Notes: generated from the letters alone by a model not told the origin. Positions 43,140 to 56,081 are shown, counted from the stretch's first letter. The stretch is 64,000 nucleotides of DNA from Eledone cirrhosa (GCA_964016885.1 OZ024741.1:50344001-50408000), one strand, 5' to 3'. Program-made: numbers and translations.

Positions 43140-43211
43140 ATATATTTTGTCTGATGAGGACGTACTGAAAAAACAACACAGTACCTTTGAAATATATATA
43201 ATAAAGTATAT
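43140..43211 (+). ncRNA. Type I hammerhead ribozyme motif (slightly decayed)
   Basis: AUAUAUUUUGU-CUGAUGA-GGAC GUACUG..CAGUAC CUUU-GAAA-UAUAUA-UA^-AUAAAGUAUAU. 11 bp stem I with two GU pairs; palindromic stem III loop; weakened stem II base. Confidence 0.6.
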
Positions 43212-43419
43212 ATTTTGATTATGAGAATATTTTTCATTTGTTAACATTTCGAATAATATATATATATTGTTATGCTTTGGGAGGGTCATATTGCCAATAA
43301 GAAACACACGCACCAGTTGCTTTCACTTCTATTTATTATAAATTAAATTTATAAATTTAAGAATTTATAAATTTCCGGTTGGTTGGTTGGTTCCACAAGC
43401 AGACGATTGTTCATATATT

Positions 43420-43462
43420 GTCAAAGTTCTTTCGTCACACATTCTGTGACCTCTTCAGTGAC
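43420..43462 (-). ncRNA. Hammerhead-like motif in left arm of inverted repeat
   Basis: Identical reverse-complement copy of 43724-43766. Confidence 0.55.
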
Positions 43463-43723
43463 TGGGGATTCTTTTCTTTGTTTTTGTGCCTCTCCTTTGA
43501 ATGGAATAGCAACATCACAACTTACAATTAAGGACAAAATGAAAACACACACATAGAACAAACAACCAACCAGTAACATGTAAATAAACAAATAAATAAA
43601 CAAATATAAACACACAAACACCCGGATGTAACACATGCGCAAACTAAGCACACAACACACACAAAAACAAGATGGCGTAGGACAGAACAAAGGAGAGGCA
43701 CAAAAACAAGAAAAGAATCCCCA

Positions 43724-43766
43724 GTCACTGAAGAGGTCACAGAATGTGTGACGAAAGAACTTTGAC
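43724..43766 (+). ncRNA. Hammerhead-like motif in right arm of inverted repeat
   Basis: GUCA-CUGAAGA-G-GUCACA GAAUG UGUGAC-GAAA-GAAC-UU^-UGAC. Confidence 0.55.
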
Positions 43767-43972
43767 AATATATGAACAATCGTCTGGTTGTTGAACAAAC
43801 CAACCAACCGGAAATTTATAACTTCTTGAATTTATAAATTTAATTTATAATAAATTGAAGTGAAAGCAACTGGTGCGTGTGTTATTGGCAACATGACCCT
43901 CCCAAAGCATAACAATATCGGTTTCAACACACGTTTTCAGATAAAGAATCTTACTAAACAAATTCAGAAACG

Positions 43973-44010
<38 letters not shown>

Positions 44011-45881
44011 CCACTGGAGTAAGTGTGGTAAGGAAGAGAATGAATGAGTAGACACTCCTACATGAGGTCAACTATACTGAGGGAAAGAAAGTATCTTGAC
44101 TGTCAAGATATCTCTATCAACAGGAAACACAACACAAAACATACAACAATAGTAGCAATAAGTTAGATAGAACACTTCCATCAAACTTTAAAAAGGATAG
44201 GTTTATAAAAAGTGTGTGTGTGTATGCCTGCATGAGTGCAGGTATGTGTATATGCACTTGCATTTGTATGAATATATGTGTATATATGCACATGCATTTG
44301 TATGAATGTATGTGCACCATCAAAGGGGTAATGGGAAATAAGTGCATTTGTGTGTGCATGCACATGCATTTGACATTCTGAAGTTAAAACATCTAGTGTA
44401 GTGGTCTAATAATTCTAACAGACGTTAAACTAAAGTATTGCTTGACACATTTTATGAACTGTCAACTGGAGATTAAAACGATTTGGGACCCTTCTCACAG
44501 TATTATTCTCTCCAGCATTGCTGAGTAATATTGATGCTATTCGGGTCCTTTTAACTTACACAATGTCACATTTTCTTTCTAATATCTTTGCAACCAACAC
44601 ACCAAACTAAGTACAGCTGTTAACTACTTTAACCATCCAGCAGCTAATTTGTCTTACTACTCAATGAGGATTTATTTTTTGCTCACATACATCTACTACA
44701 TCCATGATGAAACATTTTGGGCTTCTCTCTCCAATGTCTGAATCAACTGCTCTAACCATCATCATCATTTAGCATCTATCTTCTACGCTAGCATGGGTTA
44801 GACGGGAATTGCCCCACTTGAGGCAAGATTGGTCAGGTGACCAGTGACATTGTCTTAGGGAGGTACAAAATGCCAGCCAGGTAGGACATAGTGAATATAG
44901 TTGCAATCCCACAACATTCCCCACATTCACCAGAAGCACCATATACTGACGTCTTTGTACTTCAAATATTCCTTTATATTATTAATTTGATTCACACACT
45001 AAGGTCAAAGTGTTGCTTAGAAATATGCTATAATGAAATAAGAACTTTAGTGGTTAAAGGTGAATGAGATATAGAATTAAGGGTAAAGGAAAATAAAATT
45101 TAAAAAAAAATGAAATTTACAGCTCACACCTATATCAGTTTAGCTGGTATCCTATAAGGTTACATCTCATGTGTTTCTCTGGTGTTTTAATAAGGGCCCA
45201 GTCTTATCACGGGAAGCAACATAAAATGAATGACCATGCTCAAGAATACAACACTGCCCAGTCTCAGAATCAAATTCATAATCTCATGAGTCCAACATCC
45301 AAAGCCTTAGGCAGAACATGTAAAGTATATATATGGAACCTTATAAAGTGTTAACAACTAATCAAGGCTATCATGTATTTGTGGATGTGAAGAGAGAAGG
45401 CACAAAGTCTTAACACAACTAGATTCTTCTGCAACTGCAAAAGAACCAATTAACAACTTTCAATGTAGTAACCAGATGCTGAAATGTTGCATCAGAGAAA
45501 AACTGCAGAAAAACGATTAAGAGGAGAGGAGTGAAAAACGTGGTTTACTCTCCTACAGAAAGTGGAATTTGGTGGGGGTGGTGAAATAGATTTATTTTTA
45601 GTTAATTATGGCATATGGTAGATATCTAGGATTTCAGCAGTGGTTGGCTGGTAGGTAAGTAGGTAAGATAGCCCTACACATCTCTGATTCTGCAGTCACA
45701 TGGAATGTGGGAGTTACCAATAATTCATGTAATGATGAGCCACTGAACTAAGGCATTGAAGGAGCTTCAATATTGTCACTCGACCTGTTAAAAATAGGAA
45801 CCAAACCATTCATACTGCACTGGCTTAAAAAAAAAGGACACATTACACATTATTTAACATGGTTTTAAATACTCTGTATTT

Positions 45882-46018
<137 letters not shown>

Positions 46019-46614
46019 GGTTGGAATACCTTTGATCATAAGTCTGATGGGTCAGGGGATGACCTGGACCTACACAACAACCTCTTTGCTAGACATAATC
46101 AGACTCATTGCAATCCTAATTTGGATGATCACAGTTTGTTGCATTGCAGTATGATGTACACCTAATCCTATACCACTTCAATTTACACTTAGTTATGGAG
46201 AATAAAAAAAAATGTTACTGGGTTCCACTGGTATCCAAGACATTTATTCCACAAGACATTTATTCCACATCCACTTCATACCATAAAATTAGAAAACAGC
46301 ACCAACCATTAAAAGCCAACTGGGACTTAAACTCAATTGTTTGGTCAGCTTCCTCCAATATAATGGTGTGGAGTTGTCCTGAGGTTTAGAGACAGGACTG
46401 TTCAAGTTCCACAATAAGTGAGTTAATAATAAGCATTCCAATTGTTCCACAAGCCTGCTTGTGAAATAGCAGGCACAATCCATCAGACGAGCCTCCAACC
46501 AGTTTCTGTGCCCCCAATTTCACTCACAATACTCGAGTCAATCCGAGGTTATTGTAAATGATGTCCAAGATCTCAGGCAGTGGAATAAAACTTAGAACCT
46601 TATGATTGTGAAGC

Positions 46615-47125
46615 TTCTTCTTCACCTACTTATTCCTGAGAGGGTCATGGGGGCAGAGTCCTCAAACACTCCTTCCAGTGGGTCCTGTCAGAAGTAACTG
46701 TCTTCAGCTAATCCAGCTATCTCCAAGCAGACCAGTCAAGCTCATGGATGTTATCCAACCATCTTCATCAGGGTCTACCCCTGGGTCTCCTGCCGGTTGG
46801 TTTTCCCCATAAAATCCGTCCACTGATTCTTTCCTAAGACATTCTAACCACATGCCCGTAGTATTAGAGCTGTGATCTCTCAATTTGGAGAAGTAGCAGC
46901 TTTACCTGGAGTGACTCTCTGATCTCCGAGCTACGCACTCTATCGAGTAACCTTACACCAAAGACCCTTCGGAGGAACCCCATTTCGGCCATTTGTATTC
47001 TTTCAGTCATTATCCAATATTTATGACCATAAGTAAGGGTTGACATGAATACCAAATTGAAGATAGCGAGTTTGGCTTTTAAACCTAACTCCCTTCTGAT
47101 TACTGAATGCTGAAGCTGGCGCATT
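46615..47125 (-). mobile_element. RTE (Expander/Rex3-like) 3' relic
   Basis: KAKLAIF...LTYGH..W.MTER.Q.AEMGFLRRV.G..LLDRVRSSEIRE, then GHVVRM and GRPRGRP. Confidence 0.8.
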
Positions 47126-47209
47126 ACTGTAAACTTCTTAATCATTTAGCTATATTGTATCCATAAATGTTAATAGTACAAGACAAACAAAGTCTTCAAG
47201 TTCAGCATG

Positions 47210-47700
47210 TCACTTCAGAATTTCAAATTCTATAATCTGAATATTAAAAAAAAAAGGTGTGTACATCACCAGCACCAAGGCCATGTTGTAAAAGACACTG
47301 GGCAGTGCATGTTTTTAGGAAGGGTAATCATCACATACCCAAGATTGTGTTGTATGTTGAACTCTATACTGGCAACCATGACAGGACATGAAAGCAAAGG
47401 TACAATGATGTTCTGAACAAATTGTTTGATGTATGTCACATTGACCATCATCATATTATAGCTGTTAACAAACAAGCTTAGAACACACTAGTCACTGATC
47501 CTTGTCTCCTCCTTCATGAATGCATGCAGGGCTGGTCTTGAGAACAAAAGTTAGTGGAGGAACAACTGAGATACAGCAGCACCAAAACCAGAACAAAATT
47601 TGCTTTGTCAGCCACCAGAAAGCTTGCAATAGACGTGGATGGATCACTTCCTAAATTTGATCATAAAGTAAAATCACCGTACTTGAATTCATTGGGGTCT
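47210..47700 (+). mobile_element. Ancient RTE C-terminal relic
   Basis: HWAVHV...HIPKIVLYVELYTG, then a degenerate SHQKAC zinc-finger-like end. Confidence 0.5.
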
Positions 47701-49444
47701 CAGGAACACTTATTTTTTTTACATTGGACTCAATGCTAGTACTTTGCAAAAACCTTACTATTGGGGAGACCTCAGTAAAGTGGAGAATTTGAATTAATAA
47801 CACAAAGAGCCAAAGCATAACAAGGTATCTCATTTGAAGTTCTAACAATTCAGCCAATCAACTACCTTAAACCGAAACTAAACATCAGTCATCTCATGTT
47901 CACACGCACATACAACTGAAAGGGTATCAAACAGTATCTGTGTACCAAGTTTCACCAACAAGGCTTTGGTTGACCCAAGGCTATGTTAGATGCCATACAG
48001 TGAGATTGAGCCTGGAACCATGTGGTTGCAGTGTAATGTTCTTAACCACATGGTCATGCATATATACACAAGCAGCCATTGCAATCTATCTGTTCTCATT
48101 GGAAAATAGTATCAGTATTGGTTTTATAAAGAATTGACAGTTGCTAATACTAACAGGTTTAATGAGAACTGCACAGATGCACTCTAGAGAATACTCACTA
48201 TGTAGAAAAGGAGTGGTATGAGTGTAGACAGGTGACCAAGATGGCAGATAGCATCTATTAAATTCATTAATGCCAACTTCACACTAGAGCGTGTGATAGC
48301 AAGAGGATAGATAGAGAAATGTATGTTAAGCATGCTTTATCTTAGCAACAAAAGTACACTCCACCATCTCACAGACATACTCATATCTTTCCCCCTCAGC
48401 TGCATATAAATGAAGGCACTCTGACAGACTAACAGCTTTCATTGCACATTAACACAATATAAATGGTCAGTGATAGCCAGATCTAAGAGTTGCTGCAACA
48501 GAAAATAAACAAAGGCAAGACAAACCAACATAAGTGATCCTTTATATGATCACTGAACCTGTTAGAAATAACAGACAAATCACCCTCAAATTACAAACTA
48601 ATGACTATACAAATAAAAAGAGAACACATTTGACAATGTAAACCTAGATACTTTATAGTCTGACAAAAAGATGGGATTGAAGAGTGAGCTGAAGCTGAAC
48701 AATATTAACAACAATAATAAAGACCAGTATTAATAGTCAGCTGTGAAAACAAAAACAAAAAGAGATGATTCACAAAGAATAGAAGATATTTTAGTAAAGA
48801 AAATGTAATATTCATGTATAACTTCAATATCACCTAATGTGTTTATGAATTGATATCAAAGATATAGACAGGATATAACATATTTAACATCATATGTTCT
48901 TATATATGTGTAAGTATAGATACATGCCCTTATGAAGAGGCATGGTGTTAAGTGTGTCAATGTACACACACACACACACATATATATGATCATTTTATGT
49001 CCACTTTCCATGCTGGCATAAGGTAGACATGTCACGATCTAAGACCAGATTGGTTGAAGTGACCAATTTTGCTTGTTGTGTTCTATATTTTGCACGCTTT
49101 CTATGCCCTTCCTAATGCCAACCAACTTACAGAGTGTACTGGGTGCATTTTATCACGGCACTAACACACACACACATATATATATATATATAACCAAATT
49201 AAAAGATATATGTTTATAGATTGATGAGTCTAAACCTCTGATGAGCACCCGAGTCTCATGTGGTTTAATCATAATCAATATGTTGTCTTCGATGATCAAT
49301 TATAATGATTGATTTTTTCAATGATCGATTACATAGATCGATTTTCAGCCATGCTTTCCAGGTATGAAATAGCGCTATACGGTTTCACTTACGATTCCAC
49401 CTGTATACATATTCTTCTATATATATATATATATATACAATATA

Positions 49445-51883
49445 CTACAGATCAGGGGAACATACCAGCCAGGTAGATTATATCCTTACCAGAAGACGTG
49501 ACAAAGTGACTGTTGTAAACACTAAATCCCTCCCCCATGAAGAATGCACCTCCCAACATAGACTGATAATTAGCGACCTAATAGTCAGGACGAGACGTAC
49601 TAGGCAACAGAAGAGGATTACCCTCAGGAGAAAAATATGGAAGCTAAAGGACCCCACAGCCAAAAATAAATTCCAAAGCATATTACTTGATGCTTTCGAC
49701 AGTAAGGAAGAGCAAATAGAGTCGTACAAGGTAGAGGAACAGTGGGAATTCCTGAAAACAAACCTGCTGACGGCAACAGACGAAGTCTGTGGCTGGAGCA
49801 GGCCTGTAGGCAGGAGGAGAGTAACATGGTGGTGGAACAGTAAGGTGGAGGGGTCAATTAAGGCCAAAAAGCAGGCTTGGAAAGTATGGCGGGATGGGGG
49901 AAGCAGAGAAGACTATCAAGTGGCCAGGAGGGAAGCTAGGAGACAAGTGTACTTCGCAAGAAGGGAAGCAGAGGAAAGAAAGTTCAAGCATGTTCTACAA
50001 CGTGAGGACCAAAAACGTGAGGTGTTCAGGATTGCTAGGCAATGTGTCAAGGAAAAGTGATATTGCCGGGGAGAAGTGTGTACTTAACGATGACGGCGTA
50101 CTTGCCATCACCGACGCCGATAAGAAGGTAGCTTGGAAGTGTCACTATGAAAGGCTACTAAATGAGGAGAATAAATGGGAGAAAGACAGTCTCCCCCACA
50201 TCGACCCAATAGAGGGACCAGCAGTGTTAGTCGAGGGTAGTATAATAAGTAAGGCAATCAAAGATATGAAGACAGGCAAGGCGGCTGGGCCTTCGGAAAT
50301 AGTTGCCGAGATGCTGAAGGCATCTGGTACGGTGGGACACACCATGGTCACCCGAATAGTCAACCAAGTCATACAGAATGGGGTTGTTCCGAAGGACTGG
50401 CGTAGCAGCATTATCGTTAACTGTTATAAGGGTAAAGGAGATGCCCTAGATAGAAGTAACTATAGAGGCATTAAATTAATCGACCAGGTCATGAAGGTCA
50501 CGGAAAAAGTAATAGCACAACTAATCAGAGTGCGAATTGATCTAGATGAAATGCAGTTCGGGTTTGTGTCAGGAAAAAGTACCACAGATGCTCTTTTCAT
50601 TGTACGACAACTACAGGAGAAGTACCTAGCTAAAAGTAAACCCCTATACTTAGCTTTCGTCGACTTGGAGAAGGCCTTCGACAGAGTCCCCCGTTCCATT
50701 ATCTGGTGGGCTCTTAGAAAACTAGGTGTTGATGAATGGCTTGTGAGAGCTATACAAGCCATGTATAAAGAAACAGTCAGCAAGGTTAGAATTAACAACG
50801 AATATAGTGAAGAGTTTAGTGTAAAAGTTGGTGTTCATCAGGGCTCTGTTCTTAGCCCCCTACTATTTATTATTGCCCTCCAGGCTATAACAGTGGAGTT
50901 CAAGACCGGCTGCCCACGGGAACTCCTATACGCAGATGATCTAACGCTCATAGCTGAATCAATGGCCGAGCTAGAGAAGAAATTCCAAACATGGAAGCAC
51001 GGGCTAGAATCAAAAGGCCTTAAAATTAACCTGGCTAAGACTAAAGTTCTAGTCTGTAAGAAAGAAAATAAGGCAGCGGTCCCCTCCGGGAAGTGGCCAT
51101 GCGCAGAGTGTAGGAAAGGCGTAGGTAGAAATTCCATTTTGTATCCCAAATGCAAAGTTTGGGTTCATAAAAGATGTAGTGGGATCACAGGTAAGCTAAC
51201 TAAGAACATAGATTTTACATGTGGCCGGTGTTCTGGGGCAATAAGTAGCAGCAAGTGCCCACAAAATACCAGCTCTTTCAACTGCGCAGAGGGTTCTATA
51301 GAAAGTGGACAGCTTCCGTTACCTGGGTGACAAAATCAGCAGTGGGGGAGGGTGCTCTGAAAGTACAGTAGCTAGAGTCAGAACTGGGTGGAAAAAGTTC
51401 AGAGAGCTTATACCACTATTAGCCGCTAAAGGGTTCTCCCTAAAAATGAAAGGCAGGTTGTACGATGCCTGCATACGAACAGCAATGTTGCATGGCAGTG
51501 AGACCTGGGCATTGTGTGCAGAGGATATATGCAGACTAGAGAGAAACGAAGCTTGCATGCTCCGCTGGATGTGTAATAGTAATATACGTGAACGACAAAG
51601 CATAAACGAACTAAGGAAAAAATTAGAAATAAGAGGGATCAGATGTTGTTTACTAGAGAGAAGGCTACGTTGGTATGGTCACGTGATGCGCATGAAGGAC
51701 GATAGCTGTATAACAAAGTGCAGGGCAATAAAGATAGACGGTAGCCACGGAATAGGCAGACCCAGAAAAACCTGGGACGAGCTGATAAACTCCGACCTCA
51801 CACACTTACACCTCACCAAGACAATGTCACTGGACTGAGACCTTTGGCGGTACTCAGTAATAGAGAAGACCCGCTTTACCTAA
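49445..51883 (+). pseudogene. RTE ORF (EN-RT) disrupted by two frameshifts (~50055, ~51305) and a premature TGA (~51836)
   Basis: ORF-track pieces 49506..50060, 49894..51330 and 51305..51838 join into one RTE polyprotein. Confidence 0.9.
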
Positions 51884-52280
51884 ATACAAAGTAAAACCTA
51901 CTACAGTCAGTAGGCATCTCTAACAAAATACACCCCCGTCCCACCACCCCCACCCCATCCACACCACCCCCTTCTATATAAAGTTATGTTGGTGCCACAC
52001 CATCCAGGCCAAAACAAATGAGATCGTGTAGGTGTCACGACAAAAAAACACACAGTCCACGCTGTAATGTGGCCATGTAGGCAACACGGTAAAAACCTCC
52101 CAGACCCACACTGTAAATGTGGTTGGTGTTAGGAAGGGCATCCAACTGTAGAAAACCTGCCAGACAGTCCTATGCGAGCAAGACAATCACTCTTGCCTCA
52201 AGTGGGAAAACCCCCGTCCAAACCCATGCAAGCGTGGAACACGGACGTTAAACGTTGATGATGATGATGATGATGATGAT
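49445..52280 (+). mobile_element. 5'-truncated RTE-clade LINE with (GAT)n tail
   Basis: EN C-terminus (QVDYIL, SQHRL), RT (YRGIKL, FVDLEKAFDRVP, GVHQGSVLSP, YADD) and RTE C-terminus (RRLRWYGHV, GRPRKTW). 3'UTR ends GACGTTAAAC..(GAT)n. Confidence 0.93.
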
Positions 52281-52503
52281 ACCATATTTCTTTTATGATA
52301 TATGGCTCTTTCTCTCTCTATATAAACATATATTTTTTAATATTGTTATTATGGCTCTAGATAACATCTATTGAGCTTAATGAGAAACACAAAATTCTAA
52401 ACATATTTGATATGTTTTGATTCATCATTTGTGTGAATATATATATATATATATATTTATATAAAATTAACAAAGAAGCCTTTAATACATTAAAAATCTT
52501 TAT

Positions 52504-52548
52504 TTGCTGACAATGTTTCGTCCCATTAATTAGGACTCATCAGAGCAA
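52504..52548 (-). ncRNA. Minimal type I hammerhead ribozyme motif (near-canonical)
   Basis: Minus strand UUGCU-CUGAUGA-GUCCUA AUUAA UGGGAC-GAAA-C AUU G-UC^-AGCAA: stem I 5 bp, stem II 6 bp with G10.1-C11.1, short stem III, GUC cleavage triplet. Confidence 0.8.
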
Positions 52549-52703
52549 GGAAAAAGACAAGAAATATCATCGGCTAGAACAAGCCAAAATTCAGAAGAAT
52601 AGCGAATGGATATTTAGGAAAATTTTCATGGAAAGACATGTTAAACCTAACAGGGTGCATTTGTAAATAAAAGCTATATTTATATATATATATATATATA
52701 TAA

Positions 52704-52862
52704 TGTCAGGTCGCTCTCTAGTGCTACTGGTAACATATAACCCATACAACCTGTCTCATGATCGGGTAGTCAGCGACTAAACCGGCATCCCCACCAAGCT
52801 AGCTTGGTGAGGGAGTGATATTTGGACACCCTGCAGGATGAAATACAAGACCCGGCAAAGGG
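52704..52862 (+). mobile_element. Probable RTE 5'UTR relic with structured hairpins
   Basis: GC-richer island directly after a (TA)n run, with a GTCGCT/AGCGAC stem and the perfect palindrome CACCAAGCTAGCTTGGTG. Abuts an RTE coding relic. Assignment is inference. Confidence 0.4.
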
Positions 52863-53712
52863 TTCTCACTCTGGCTACTATACTTTCAGAACACCCACCT
52901 CCACTGATAAGTTAGTCACCCAGGTAACAGAAACTATTGCCTTCTGGGTTTGTGAGCTCTTGCTACTTACTGCTCCTATGCACTGACTACATACAAAGCC
53001 TATATTCTTTGTAAACCTGCCTGAGATTCCACTACATCTCTTGTGTACCTATAATTTACATTTGGAACATAGGATGGAATTTCTACCTAGTCCTTTCCTG
53101 CCCACTGAGCAAGGCCATATCCGAGGGAATCTGGGTTGTTTTCCTTTCTACTTACTAGAACCTTAGTCTTTGTCAAGTTGATTATAAGGCCTTTTGATTC
53201 TAGACTATGTTTCCAGGTTTGGAATTTCTTCTCTCATTCTGCCATAGATTCAGCTACAAGGGTTAGGCCATCTGCATACAGGAGTTCCCATGGGCAGCCA
53301 GTCTTAGACTCCTCTGTTATAGCCTGCAGGGTTATAATAAACAGGTGAGAGCTATGAACGGAACCCTGATGGACTCCTACCTGCATGCTAAAATCTCACT
53401 ATAGTCATTATTAATTCTAATCTTGCTGACTGCTCCATTGTACTGCCTTCACAAGCCATTCATCAAGTCCTAGTTTTCTAAGAGCCCACCAGATAATGGA
53501 ATGGAGGACTCTGTCAAAAGATTTCTCCAGGTCAACAAAAGTCAAGTAGAGGGGTTTTCTAGGTACTTCTCCTGCAGTTGCCTCACGGGGGAAAAGAGCA
53601 TCAGTGGTACTTTTACGTGTCACAAATCCAAACTGCATTTCATTGAGGTTAACTCAGTCCCTAATCAGTTATTCTATAACTCTTTGTGAGACCTTCATGA
53701 TCTGGTCCATCA
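52862..53712 (-). mobile_element. Degraded RTE fragment (RT to PHD-like region), related to 49445-52280
   Basis: MQFGFV..KSTTDALF, FVDLEKSFDRV, WWALRKLG, WPCSVGRKGLGRNSILCSKC and SGGGCSES on the minus strand. Confidence 0.85.
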
Positions 53713-54439
53713 TCTACTTTTAAGGGACTTAGCTATATTGAACCATAAAAGAGCAAGGAGCAATCAGTTGGGATACTATGTTGTGTATCAGTCATCAATG
53801 TTGTTTAGCCCCAGTTAAACTATGAAGCAAGGTATTCTTTGGCTTATTGCTAGGCTTACACTACATTATTCAAAACCTACCTACCTTTTCAACACAGTAT
53901 GGTGTAATTTAAAAGAGATTTGGCTGCTATTTATAGCAGGTTAAATGACCACACAGAGACTTCCTTATTATCTTGTGTTATAGTACAATGATGTGAGGTA
54001 TATAGTGGAGGAGGGAGGGTCAGGTTGAAAACTTAGCTCATCCGACTAAACAACAAACACAACTTCCCTCTTCTCTGTATCCAGATTAACAACAGATAGA
54101 TACCACATGACACACCACAGGGACGGGTGCTTACACACTGACACAGATTTACACAAAACATTCACTCACACACACACACACACACACACACCTAAGAGGT
54201 ATGAGAGAGCAAGAGAGAGAATTGAGCTGGTAGCAACATGTAATGTGTATGTAGAATGACAGTCGTGTAAAGAAGTACCAAATGATCCAAGAGATAGATG
54301 TGGAAGAATGAAATCAAGAAAGACACAGGTAGAAAATCTCCAGATTTTAAACATCCCAAAAGAGATGACAAAAGATCTCAACTTGTCGTGAACTGCTGTG
54401 TTACAAAAAAAAAATCTAACCCATGCAAGCATAAACGTT

Positions 54440-56046
54440 TGATGATGATAATGATGATCGTGGTGTGTGCGTGTACGTGTGCAAAAAACAGTCCAAGCTA
54501 ACTGACGATGGTCTGCGATGGTAAAATCTATTAGATAAGTTTGTATGTTGTGGGGAGAGTAGAATCTAATGTTTCAGGGATGAGAGAATGTCAATATGGA
54601 ATCGATAATCCAGTTACACACACGTGTAAGCATATGTATATATGTGAATTTGTACGTGTGTGTGTGTACCTTTGGTAATGTTCTCACGCACATACGCATC
54701 CTCCAATGTAACTTGAGCTTTATAAATATGTGTGCGTGTGTGTGTGGAAATCGCTCTCCAAAAATATATAGCGTATCTGCCAGTTTTTCCCTCCCAATAT
54801 ATCAATAAATAAATTTACCAGTCTCTCTCTCTCTCTTTCAATATACACAAGTGAAAGATGAAAGACATGGTAGAACATTTGTCACACTGACACACAACTG
54901 GTCAATGTAGCTAGCTAGCAGCAGCTGACATTGACATAGAGATACGATCTACATAAACCTAGCTAACTGCTAACACGAAGAAGGAGAGAGACCGACATAG
55001 ACTGACTAACTGTTGCGCACTTGACATATACTTACATATTCGGTTGGGTCTCACATATGTAATATAGGGGGTTGGAAAACTTCGATCAACTGAGATTATC
55101 TAAACAATTAGTAGACAAAACTCCCAAAAGGTGTTTAAAATCTAAAAACAAAAGCAGGGAAGATCACGCCAAAAAGACCAGCTGATAGAAATTTTAGGAC
55201 AACACAGACAAAATATATGGCGATAAAATTATTTTGATTTGCAGTAAATTACAGTAGTCGAGCAGTAGCAAAAAAATTCCTGTATCTATTTAGTATATAT
55301 ACATACACGAAATGCTCACTCAACCATAGAGAAGCTTCTACAATAGCAGCCAAATCTCTCCGAAATCACACCACCACCACCTTAGAAAATGGCTCATTGG
55401 ATAAAGGCGGGATGGGCACGACTGGAATGTTTTTGATCATAGATCTGCTCAATCAAAGTTGACCTGGAGTTAAACAACAACAACACAAGTATGTGTATGC
55501 GAGAGTGAGTATATGAGAATGAAAGTACATATTGTTTATCCCAAGGTCAGCACTGAACAAGGCAAGTAATTACCAAACGTGTTCCAGCCGTGAACATCCT
55601 GTGTGTGTTTTTACCCAGACTACATGATAAAATGTGCCCTTCCTTTGGATTTCATTGCTGTTTCTAGCAAGTCAGCCATCCATATAAGAAGCACCGTCAT
55701 AGACAGAGTGTGTGATGGTAACACCAGGTCAGTTATACATCTGATGATACCGGCACATCTCTAGTAGCATAATGGACAGATTTATGTTAAACACCTTAGC
55801 AGCGGGTGTGTGTGTGTATAATGACTTCAAACGTAACAAAAGTTACAGAATTTGAAGTGGGATAGAATCGATTATATCGATCTTAATATTTGAATATTAT
55901 TATATCGACCCTGGAATATGATAGGTAAAATCGACATGCGGGATTTAAAGATTACACATAAAACAGTTATAGAAAAACATTAAATAAATATCTTTCATCT
56001 CTCTCTGAATGCTTTTATATAAATATAATATATATAAATATGTGTG

Positions 56047-56081
<35 letters not shown>

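Larger units (their letters stand above)
43264..43918. repeat. Long inverted repeat (~235 bp arms, ~190 bp spacer), Penelope pLTR-like
   Basis: 43264-43499 is the reverse complement of 43688-43918 with few mismatches. Confidence 0.9.
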
